DNA of 56,445 bases, counting the filler, from Sphacelaria rigidula (taxonomy: Eukaryota), in assembly GCA_964200075.2 (NCBI GenBank). It is 6 parts of 6 records of this genome, joined end to end, with 100 filler letters (N's around TTAATTAATTAA, not from the genome) between each part and the next. Parts side by side here need not be neighbours in the genome. Positions count along the whole stretch, not along the records: positions 18,850 to 28,173 come from CAXNAA020008743.1; positions 28,274 to 37,597 come from CAXNAA020008744.1; 4 more parts are not named here. One strand, written 5' to 3'. Under the pieces are notes generated by a model, which saw nothing but the letters and a program-made list of their open reading frames with translations, had not been told where the DNA came from and made no database searches. The stretch's first letter is position 1. Each line of letters opens with the position of its first letter. Positions 24,053 through 34,900 of the stretch are shown here, in pieces. The position numbers and the translations under genes were made by a program.

Positions 24053-24196
24053 ATGTATGGTCAATAGATGCAATAGACAAAATATGTACTGGATAAAGTG
24101 CACGCCTATTGCAACTATTGACGGCCGACAGTAGTTGCAATATGTCTACACTTCATCCAGTACACTTCTTGTCTGTTGCATCCATTGACCATATGT
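24053..24196. repeat. Imperfect inverted repeat (hairpin) of about 140 bp
   Basis: TATGGTCAATAGATGCAATAGACAA..TGTACTGGATAAAGTG..TATTGCAACTATTG pairs with CAGTAGTTGCAATA..CACTTCATCCAGTACA..TTGTCTGTTGCATCCATTGACCATA. Confidence 0.85.
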
Positions 24197-25651
24197 TATC
24201 CAGCATGTGAACCCTTCCCCCTCTCCCCACTCCCAGTTCTCGGGACGAGTCCGTAGTCTAGAGGGACCAATCTGCCTCTTTCCCCGTATCTTCCTGACCA
24301 ATCAATATGCTTTTGAGCCTTGGACCGGCACTTATACAGCCCGTCCACTTCCTGTGGTGTTTTTTGCTCATCCCACATCCCCATGCTTTCTTCGACGGAC
24401 ACCAATGAATTACACAACACCGTTTGTTGTCGGGATTCGAATTTACTGCAAGTAAGTCGCCCGCACTGGCGAATCATATTGTTTCATGCGAGTTTGACGG
24501 CTGGGATGCGGTGGCTACCATATGCTGCACTACCGCATTTCCGCCATTCTGACCGGAAGACTCGGTGCTTTCTCTCGTATTCTATTCCCACCGTGTGTTT
24601 TGACTTTGGAACGAACGCATTTTCACACCTTTTCGAAGACGTCCCGAAATCTTCCAAGGACAGGTCGGGTAGTGGGGTATACTCGATATTCTAGTATTTT
24701 GGAAAGTCGCACATCACCTGCCCGAGTCAATCACGATGACTGGTATGGGCTTAAGAGAGGGGAACAACAGCACTGGTCTGGCTACTGCTGTGGGCATGGG
24801 TCGGATCTCCACATTTCAAAATACCACAATATCGGGTATACCCTACGCGACACGCCCCTGAAATCTTCCTGACTTAACCCTTAGTTGTTTTTCTGTACAT
24901 GCGTCTCTTCAACTCGATGAGTACAGAAGGACCTCCTTTCGGAACAGGATCAACAAATGATCTTTGACGTCGGTAACCCCGATGCTGTAGCGGACCGGTT
25001 CCTCTTCCAACCCTAGTGATGATGCACGGTGCATTACATGGCGCTCATGTAGTGTTTCGACTCTGAACCGCGAAGAGGAGGGGGGTCTTGGTTTGAGTGA
25101 GTATGTTTTTTCGCTTGGAACAATGACAGCTATGGTCCAGATGGCTTATCCCGGTGGTGGAAGGGTGAAATCCTTGGCATGGTGAGTCAACTGGGTCTTC
25201 GCCATTTCAATTAGAAAAATGGCTGGAAGACCCAGATGACCCACCCTGGTGGTCGAAGGGTTACCAACGAAGTGTGAAAGACGGAGTAGCAGCAGCAGCA
25301 GCAGCAGTAGTATAGTACTCCGGCACAAAACGTCGATTCTTTCCCAACACAGAATGGAACCTATTTTGTTGAGCTCCCCCCTCGTCCCGCCTCTCGCGCT
25401 CTTCCCGCCCCGCTCCGGTCCGTCTGTGCCATCCCCTTGTGTGCATGATTTTTCGCTTTGCAACTGTTCCATCCAGATGACCATGATGTGATTTGCCTAC
25501 TCTCTCGACGGCCCCAACCAAGGTTGCCGAAAGCCTGTCTTGTTTTTTTAGCGCTTCTACGGTAGTGTCGGTTATCTATTTCGGTGACTCCGAGAGTGTT
25601 CTGATTTGACTTATTTTGACATGTTGAGGATTAGGGTGGTATTGTGCTCTC

Positions 25652-25822
25652 CGGGGGGATTGGAGGGATGTACAGTACTCAAGATCTTGCATCCTGTAGT
25701 CAAATGACCATTGATGTCGCATCCCTCCAAAGCCGGGACGGAGCACGCCGCATTTCGCCGAACCATACTTGCAATCACCAAGTGCGAAGCGTCGTAATGT
25801 GTTCACCGAGTCGTGTGAAGGG
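25652..25822 (-). mobile_element. LINE 3' stub (long-loop subfamily)
   Basis: Minus strand reads GTGCTCCGTCCCGGCTTTGGAGGGATGCGACATCAATGGTC...TGAGTAC..CATCCCTCCAATCCCCCC. Confidence 0.65.
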
Positions 25823-27951
25823 TGAGGTGGATACTGCTAAGATTGTTCGGCCTGAAGCGTACTGATAATCTTGCAGGAGGTTGGGGCTAGGAGGCTGAAC
25901 ACATGAAGGAAGGACCTTGTTGGGTCGGTAGAGTTCGTGGAGTATGACATGGCATTGATGCAGAACGCCAGTACTGTAGATCAAAGATATTATATACGTC
26001 AATTTTTTTAGGGAGAATTATGGTATGTAATGTCGAGAACCAAAATCTAACCTCTTAATGACTTGAACAATGACACACCCTACTTCGAGGGGGAAGTTGG
26101 ATAATGACGGAATCATGTGTATGAAGCGTGGGTTTCATCCCGAGGTTATAACGTGACTTTATAAATACCCTTTCGCTCCCTCGAGGCGATAAATGATCCC
26201 TGTTTTCTTCTTCTCTATACCCTCGTACTCACCAAGCTATATAGCACCCCCCTTAGCCTCTACTGACTTGTTTTTTCTTTGTATTTCAACATTAGAGCCT
26301 TCTTGTTTCACTTGAAAAAGTAGTGTTTCCTTTTCATAACATCGTTCTTGGCCCATCCATACCAGGAGCAGAGGTGAACAAGGATAGCTGAGGAGCTAGG
26401 CTTTCCGATGTTGTACGACCTAGACGCCCATTATATGTGTTTATCGCGGTACAACAGCATGCTGATCATATTTTACTCGAGTAATTGTAGGTAGAACATC
26501 GAGTTCATGATGTAGCAAAATGACCGCAAAAATTTGAAAACGCCTGGTTTCGTACACCCTCCGTCTAACAAGCTGTCTCACTTTGTTACCGTTTACCGTT
26601 TGGCGCGCCGGGGGCGGGGGCGGGGGGGAGGTCCTCATTTTGAGCTTCATGATGTGGTCACACACTTCTACGGTTGAACCTTTTATTTTTTTACAGTTTT
26701 AGTCATGTATGGATGTACCGGGTGATTATTTACGAAGTGACGCCTCTCGTGCGATGTGCGTCAACCTGGTGTAGCCCGACTACAAAACAATGCTGTGTTT
26801 ACGTGTCGCTTTGTTCACAGTACTTGAAGTACATTATTGTGTCCATATATATTATACATCGACCTTCAGAAGTTCATTCTTTTTACTGCATAAGAATGAT
26901 GTTTGAAGATGGTTGAGATGGAGTAGTGTACCGGTATGGCGCAGTTTCAGGTAGTCTGGCTGGAGAACCTACTGGGTATTTTCGGCAGATGATATCTTGG
27001 GTACTCTACGGTACTCGGTACAGTAGTGCAAATGTGCTGAGAACCTCGGGTACCCCTTGTTGGCATTACCTTATCTTGAATCCCCTCGGATGTTCGTACT
27101 ACAGTAGTATGATGTTGATGATGCCATGCCGTGTATGTGCCTGTACATGACTGGGACTGTTTCCAGTTTGTGATATGCCCGGAGTGGAGAGCTATGGTCT
27201 ACGACCCTCTGCACGCCTATGAAGCCTCTAACTTAACGTATGGAGGGTTATAAAGCACAGGTGGTGGTGGGGAGGGTTGTTTCAGGTTCAGTGTTTCGCT
27301 GGAAATAAGGTCACATTGTTAACTACTCCCTAGCAAAACGAGGACGAGACACGGCGAAGTCAAGAACCTCGGTGAAGGATATGACCTCCAGTATGCTGGT
27401 ACTTGAGTTGTAGATGATCTCTGAAGATTCGTCCTAAGAGAACTCCGCGTCGATCCCGCCCACTACAGCGCACAAATTGGCGATCGGTGTGTCTTCGAAA
27501 GCACAAACACCAAAAAGTGGTATGTTTGTGCAAGCCGGGTAAGATAAGTCCTCTTCCATTCTGCCCGTCCGAGACGTGATCGGCGCAGGTATAACTTACG
27601 CTCTGTGCGAAACACAGCATAACGCCTTTGTACAGGCGAGTAGCGCGTGCTAAATATCAGCCATAGTTTAAGTTCAAAGTTGTGTTGAGATTCTCAGTAA
27701 CCAGTGCGATACTTGCTGGTCGTGCTTTCAACTTCACCTCTGATAATCAATTAATGGTGGGGATTTTATCAGAACACCATACCACTCATTGATATCGTTG
27801 GCGCATGTTGATTTGATTCAGTTGGCTTTGCACATTAGTAGAGATATCGTCCACGACGTGCACGGTGCACTTTATTTTACGCTTTTTCAGGAAGACTGCT
27901 TTTCTCTTTTTTTTTCAACCAGCGATCAATCACATCTATCTTTGCACCACC

Positions 27952-28170
27952 TGTAGTGCGTGAGAGGACCGCGTGCTTAGAGGACCGCGCCGTAGTTCAA
28001 AACACCGAAGGATTGATGTTTTTTTCAAAACCAATCGGGCCAGTCCCCGCAGGTACCACGCCCCTGACCATAACCCCAACACTAACCCTAACCCTAACCC
28101 TAACCCTAACCATGGGGATGTTCAAATTCCGATGCGGTCCTCTAAGCACGCGGTCCTCTCACGCATTACA
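27952..28170. mobile_element. Ginger-like MITE carrying telomeric repeats (family B, copy 1), 219 bp
   Basis: 37-bp TIRs TGTAGTGCGTGAGAGGACCGCGTGCTTAGAGGACCGC...GCGGTCCTCTAAGCACGCGGTCCTCTCACGCATTACA; internal (CTAACC)5 at 28082-28111. Confidence 0.85.
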
Positions 28171-30629
28171 CCANNNNNNNNNNNNNNNNNNNNNNNNNNN
28201 NNNNNNNNNNNNNNNNNTTAATTAATTAANNNNNNNNNNNNNNNNNNNNNNNNNNNNNNNNNNNNNNNNNNNNAACGTCATTGGGCACCATCGCTGAAAG
28301 CGTGGGGAAAGCACTGTTTTAGGCTTGAACCTAATCTCGGAGTCAAACCTCAATTCGCACAATTTGTTGTTGGTTCTTGAATCCTTGATGGAGAGGTCCA
28401 GCCGTAATTCATCGCACAACCGGCGACCCAGCACTGACCGCGAACCCCCGTCCCGCTCCGGTGCTGCGATCATTCGCTCTCTGCAACAACAACTCGCAGA
28501 TCTCAAGTGAGGACTCACCAAGACCACCATGGGCAACAGAAGAGCATCCGCCACCGCTGCTGCCACCACCACTGCCTCTGCCGCCCCTGTTGCCACGGCC
28601 GCCGCGCCTGTCGTCACGGCTACCACCGTCACGACTCCCATCACAGTTGCCGCCCCGTCTGCCGTCGACGTCGACGCTGATAGTGAGCCCACAACTGACC
28701 CGTCACGGATATTCCCGTGCCCGCGACTCCGTCTGTGGAAGATCTCCCTCCGCTCGGTGACGAGCATTGTCCAACTGGCCTTCTCTTGAGGCTCTTCAGG
28801 AACCGGCCCGTGTGGAACAATTGGCGCTGATCAAGGGTTACGCCTCGGAAGCGCCAGCGCTCGCCAAGGATATCCTCGATCAACAACGCGCGGCTGACGT
28901 CGCCGCTGCACGCCTCCTCGCGGACGAACATGGCTGCTCAACACGCCTTTCAGGAAGGTCGCACGGCTGCCATGGCGACCCAAAGACGGGTGCTGGACCT
29001 GAAGGATCATGTCCGAGGGACTGCTCACGACGCGGCTACGTCGGTGGCCCGCCTGACCAACCATCAGGCCTTTCCGCTGTCCGCCGGCAACCTGCTCAGT
29101 GGTCGCCCTCCTCACCCGCCTTCGGCCCACACAGCCCAGCCCAAGACCGGCAAGTCGACTTACAAAATCCCACGTAAGTCCGACCAACCGTCTTATGCTG
29201 CGGCCACCGCCGTCTCCAAGACGGCCCCAATACCCCCGCTTCGAGCAGCTATCTCGGCTGCCAATACCGGCCCAACACCAGGCCTGCAACCCACCCACGA
29301 CGAACGACTGTGGCTTACTCGTTCCGCGGCCGACTATATCAGCCCTGTTCACAAGACCAATCACCTACACTTCTCCCGCCAGGCTTGAAACTTGGTGTAC
29401 CAACGTCTACACCGCGTTGTTGGCCTTTAAATGGACCAGAGCGGATTCTTCCCTGATGACAGCATGCCGTCCCCCACCCTGGGCCAACTGGTACTTCGTA
29501 TGACCATTGGCGCCGGCCCTGATCAACCTCATTACGTGGAAATTGTCGCCGTTTTTGCACCGCTCCGTGCCGCTTACGACTCTGATCCCGATGCCACCAT
29601 CGCCGACGATGACCAGGGTGACGATGATTAAACTCCCACTGGTGCCAACTGCAGGGGAAAGGAGAAGAACCACCGGCGGGATGACGACGACAACGATGGA
29701 GGTGGCTCACGCCGCCGCCATGGCGGCGGAGGATCTTCCTCGGGCGGTTTAGGACCGAACCGCCCAGTCCACAATAATCGCGGCCCAACCCGGAACAAAA
29801 CAGGAGGCATTTATTCTGGATCTTCTACGACAGGCTGGAACCGATCTAGCATAGACCTGCCCCCCTCGGGTTCGGCGACACCCAGGCAAGTGATACCTAA
29901 GTTGGCCGATGTTTCGGGTCGCATTTTGGGCTTATCTGATACGGACACACCAGACCGTTCATTGTCCTCTACTGCAGCCCGCGCTTTAGCAACCGCTACG
30001 GCCGACAAAGAACGTTCCGAGGCTAGTAAAAAAGCAGCTTCCGATAAAGTCGAGTCTGCGCGAGTAGCTGTAATACAGAGACAGTATATTCAAAAGGATG
30101 TGAAAGAGCTTAGGCATATCAAAAACATGCCTGCTGCGGATAACGAAGATTCGCGACATTTTACTTCTGCCCTCATCGCACCGTTTGCAATATCCTTCAC
30201 TTGGCGGATACAGCTGGCGTCCAACGTTTTGAATATCCCAATGGTAGACGGCTGGCAGACTCCATTGCATAAAGCATTACATCGATCCATCAGTCGCCGC
30301 TCTCCCGACATTGCTGCTTCTTTAACACATATCCTCGACGGCTTCCTCGCCGAAATGGATTCGGATTGTGTCAAGGGGAAGACAGGCCCGGTATTGCTCT
30401 CTGATCTGGAAAGGCGTCTGATGGATTATTCTGACAAAAATGGCCAAACGAGTTCTTTTGCTGTCGTATTGGATGTCCTCTTCGCGGATTATCTTCGCGA
30501 ATATAAGCTTTTAGTCTCCGGTACTAAGGGTGTCGGACGCCAAAACAGGCTGAGCGACGCAATGTGCCAGACGTACGTTCGCAATAGCGTTGCTGTGTCT
30601 TGGCGCATCGCGAGGTGCCTTACGCCTCC

Positions 30630-30874
30630 GAGTGATGCTACGGTAGGGGTACGCAAATAAGTTCTGAGACTAGAATTGTTGGGGGCCCTTTATCTCATCC
30701 AAAACACGACTTATGAAAATATGCGAGAGTACGTCAGGATTACTCTTTCAATGTGCTGGGGATATCACGAATCAATCTGCAACCGGGGATGCCNNNNNNN
30801 NNNTAAAATCGTTAGGGGCCCCCGAACCAGACATAATTTCGCGAAAAAAGTGCACCCCTACCGTAGCATGGCTC
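30630..30874. mobile_element. Sola2-like MITE (family A, copy 2) inserted in Gypsy gag
   Basis: GAGTGATGCTACGGTAGGGGT...CCCCTACCGTAGCATGGCTC; perfect 4-bp TSD CTCC; contains a 10-N gap. Confidence 0.88.
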
Positions 30875-31679
30875 CTCCGTTGATTCTATGTGGTCTACTT
30901 GTGTACACCGAGAGGGTAATCTATCGCCTGCCATATGTGGCAAACCTTCTACGCCTCTGCGTCCACAACCTACAGTTGTTGTGTCCTCTGCCAATGCCGA
31001 AGGGTCTCGCGGCAGGAATTCGAGTTCATCTCGCGCTACATGGACCCCGACTCGGTCGCCGGTTTAGTTTACATGTTCATAGTAGCAGAGATGCATTTAG
31101 TGCGAGTTTTGATGGTTGGTCGTTCTCCGAAGAAACTTGCGATGGTGCTTATTCGACTTCAACAACGGCTCTCATCACAGATGATCCCCATTTGTGGAAT
31201 CCACTTCTCTCGTCTCCTACTAGACGCAATGCCTTCAGCAGTCATGCCAACAGTTGTATCAGCCGTAGTGCTCAAGGTCACAGTATGCGCGACTGCGACA
31301 GTCCATGCATCAATGCCTTTGATCTTATGAACCCTGAATTGCAGGACAATGAACCCGCGTGGCGCCGTTGGCAAAAGCACATGCGCGACTATCGTCCACC
31401 AAACCAAAATATCGTAATAATTTGAATAAACGAGTCAACAAAAGTTTTAACCGCGGTCGCCGACAAAACAACAATAATGCAAGCCCTCGCCAGAACGATC
31501 AAAATTCTCGCGGCAACAAACGGTCTGCTGATAGAAACCAGCGGACGGAACCGGCACAAAACTCGAATCCCACCACCAGAAACCCTGGTACGTTCACTAC
31601 GGATCGCATAGACCCATGGCGTGCCGACGCCGGCGTTCTAAAGTCTTCCGAGCCGCCGACAGCATTAGCGAAGATTTTT

Positions 31680-31920
31680 TCAACACAGCCCGCGGATTCC
31701 GTGACTACGATTGCTCCCCCGACTCCCCCGGCATTTTCCAGGAATGTAACACGGCCGTTCAAATCGACCCCCTTCTTCAACCTCCACACACTTTTCAACA
31801 CAGCCCGCACAGCCCGCGACTGAGATTGTTCGCTCAGCTCCCCCGGCACTATGCCGGAGCGCAACTGACGGCCGTTCAAATCGACCCCAGTCTTCACCCC
31901 TCCACACACCGCATAACAGT
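31680..31920 (+). repeat. Tandem duplication of about 115 bp (two copies) in the Gypsy gag-pol spacer
   Basis: CAACACAGCCCGC..CTCCCCCGGCA..ACGGCCGTTCAAATCGACCCC..CTTCA.CCCTCCACACAC occurs twice. Confidence 0.75.
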
Positions 31921-34900
31921 TGTGTCACCCCGCAACTCAGACCTACACCTGGCCCTGAACTTGGTCCTTCAGTGCCGAGTATAAGTCTGAGGTGTGGGAG
32001 GACCGACCGCCAGTCCCTGAGGCAAAGGCTTCCCTCAGCGACCGCACGCACAGGTGATAGCAAGCTTTTTTCAGCTGACCCAAGTGTTGCTGATTCGAAC
32101 TTGACCGCATTGGATCATGTGATTCCCAATCAGTTGGATCGAGCTCCTTCCCCGCGATTTTCAAGTTGCACGGAACTACCTTCGGCCGGTTCTGATATCA
32201 ACCACCCCAAAATACCTTCGGCTATGACCCCTCAGCCAAGTTTGCCAACGGAAAGCAGCCCACAAGTTTCGCTCCGTCATGCCCCGATACTGACCCCATC
32301 CACCCGACTGGACGCAGTAGTGGTTTCATCTTAAAATGTTTTGGAAGTTCCGCGATCATTGTCACGGTGAAAGAGAAAGCCCCGTAAGCATGCCCCCAAG
32401 GATGCGCGCGCATCATCACGTACACCTCTTTCGAGCGGAAATCCTCGGAGTCAATCTCTCCAAAATGCGACGACTTTGCGTTCGACGGCTCTATCAAGTA
32501 TCACGGAAGAAACAAATTCAAATATCTCTGACGTCATTACTTCTTCAATCGATGACTCCAGCCCCGCACAATCTGGATCCCCCTCGGACGGTGACCCCTG
32601 TCAACCCAAGACGATCATTTACGAAATCGCTGATGGTCACTCTGACCCTGCCACACCTGGGAGTAATTCACCGTCCACCCCATTCTCTGGTGAGAAATCT
32701 GACCCACCGGCGGATCACCCGCCGTCCGTTTTAGCTGTCAGCCCCGCTGATCTTGACCAATTTACCTTGCCGGAACACGGTCCGGATCTTGTCGGCGGTA
32801 AAGTGTCTGTGAATTCGGTCACTTTTACTACACGCGTTACGATCCACTCTGGTCCAAACGCTAGCACGCCCACGAAATGCGTATTCTTGTTGGACAGCGG
32901 CAGCCCGCGAATATTTATTCGAGAATCATCATGGAAACACATGAAACAGACTGGTGCTGCTGCTGCAGCTTGCGAAACCACCACCCAACCTCGAGTATGG
33001 GGCGGTTTCGGTGATTCTGCCGCACCCCTGACGACACGAAAATCCGTACGTCTCAGTGTGCAATTCTTTCACAACACCACTCGTTCTGCCAGTCTGGCAG
33101 TCTGGGCATACATTGTCCCCGACAGCACATATGCGATTTAATATACGAACCTACCGCACGCTTTCACCACCATCGCCACATTCCACGCCTCGTGGAGAAT
33201 TCAACCTTGAACACTTTGGTACACTCCGCGGTGCCCTGGCCTACCAGAACAATTTTCAAGCAACCGGAGCTGCCTACCACCTACGATACAGTGGTAGCGT
33301 TGATATTATACTCTCCGACGATCCTCAACTTTTAGAAGCTGCACTAGTTCGCCGAAATGGCATGCCTGCCCTGACGGGTCATTGTCTTGCCGAAGTGTCA
33401 CCCCGTATTGGCGCACTAGCCGACACAGAAGAAACTTGTCTCGGCGGGACAACAACTTCTCCCTCTTATGGGTCATGCTATCTTGGAACCCGGCGATGTT
33501 TTTGGAACCGCTGCTACTCCCCTGATGCACATCCCACTCGAGACTTGCGTAACAGAGCCTGCCGCGCCGAACGCCGCATCTCTGATGGAGTCAGTCTATT
33601 GTGTCGATGAACCTCATTCCGACCTCGCCTCTGCGACTCCACCCCAGGTCCACACCGTGGATCCTGCCCTTTCAAATCCCGATCCTCCTGCTGAAGTGCT
33701 TCAACGCTCATTACCAGATTCTCGGAATAGTTTCCTGCATGTGGCACCAGCTGCCGTCACACATGTGCGACATCAATTTTGACCTTTGTGGGCCCGGCTG
33801 GGAACCGGCAATCACCCGAGAACTCAGTGGTGTTCTGCTACAGTGCCAAGACCCATTTTCCCGATCCAAGATGGATCTTGGGCATTGCAAAACGCTTCCC
33901 TTTGAGGTTACCGTCCAACCCGGCGTCCCGCCGATCTCATCTCGACCATACCGAAAAAACCCCATCGTTGTCAGGAAGGCTAAGCCATCTTTGATGCGTA
34001 TTTGGGAGCAGGGCTACTGCAACATTCTCCCTCTCCTTGGGCCTCACCACTTGTGGTCGTCCCCAAAAAGGATGAAAACATACGCATAACCGTGAACTAT
34101 CAACGGTTGAACCTCGTCACTGTGGTCGTTACACTTCCAATTCCCCGCATTGACGAAGTCTTCGACTCCTCAGGCGAAGGAAAAAGATTCAGCGCCTTCG
34201 ACCTCGCTTCTGGATTTTTTCAGAATGCAATACACCCTGACACAGTCCCACTGACGGCCTTAAGCACCTCCTCCGGACTCTACGAGTGGCTTCGAATGCC
34301 ACAAGGCGCCGCCACTGCCCCGGGATGTTTTCAACGCTTGATGCAACGCGTCACCGACGGCCTCGAGCATATCATCATGTACCTAGATGAAGCTATCGCT
34401 TTCGATGCCTCACCTATTGCACATTGTGCACTCGACGATAATTTCTCTCTCGCCTATGCACACACGATTTGAAACTGTCTCCACCCAAAGCGCGCCTTGG
34501 TGCAACTAACTGGTTCTGGGGCATTTCATTTCGCCAGCAATACTACATCGGGATACAACGTCATGGCGATGACTGACTTGCCGATGCCAACTACCATTTG
34601 TCAACTTCGCTCATTGTTGGGCGGACTATCCTACTACCCCGATTTTTTGCCGAATTTTTTTATACGGATTCGCCCCCTTACTGAGTTACTCAAGAAAGGA
34701 GCCGTGTTTACCTTCACGATCGATATGGATAAATATCACCCACGAATTGCTCAAGACGCTCACCGGAAAGCCGGTACTCTGCTTTCCTGATTGGGAGGCA
34801 GTACAAGATGGCTCTCGCCTTTTCAACTCCACACTGACGCCAGCACAAACGGAGTTGGAGGAGTTTTGAGTCAACCTTAGGTTAATGGCTCGGTCCGGCC

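Noticed and set aside
28082..28111. True telomere or chromosome end
   Set aside because: Only five units, enclosed by TIRs and present in other internal copies of the same MITE.
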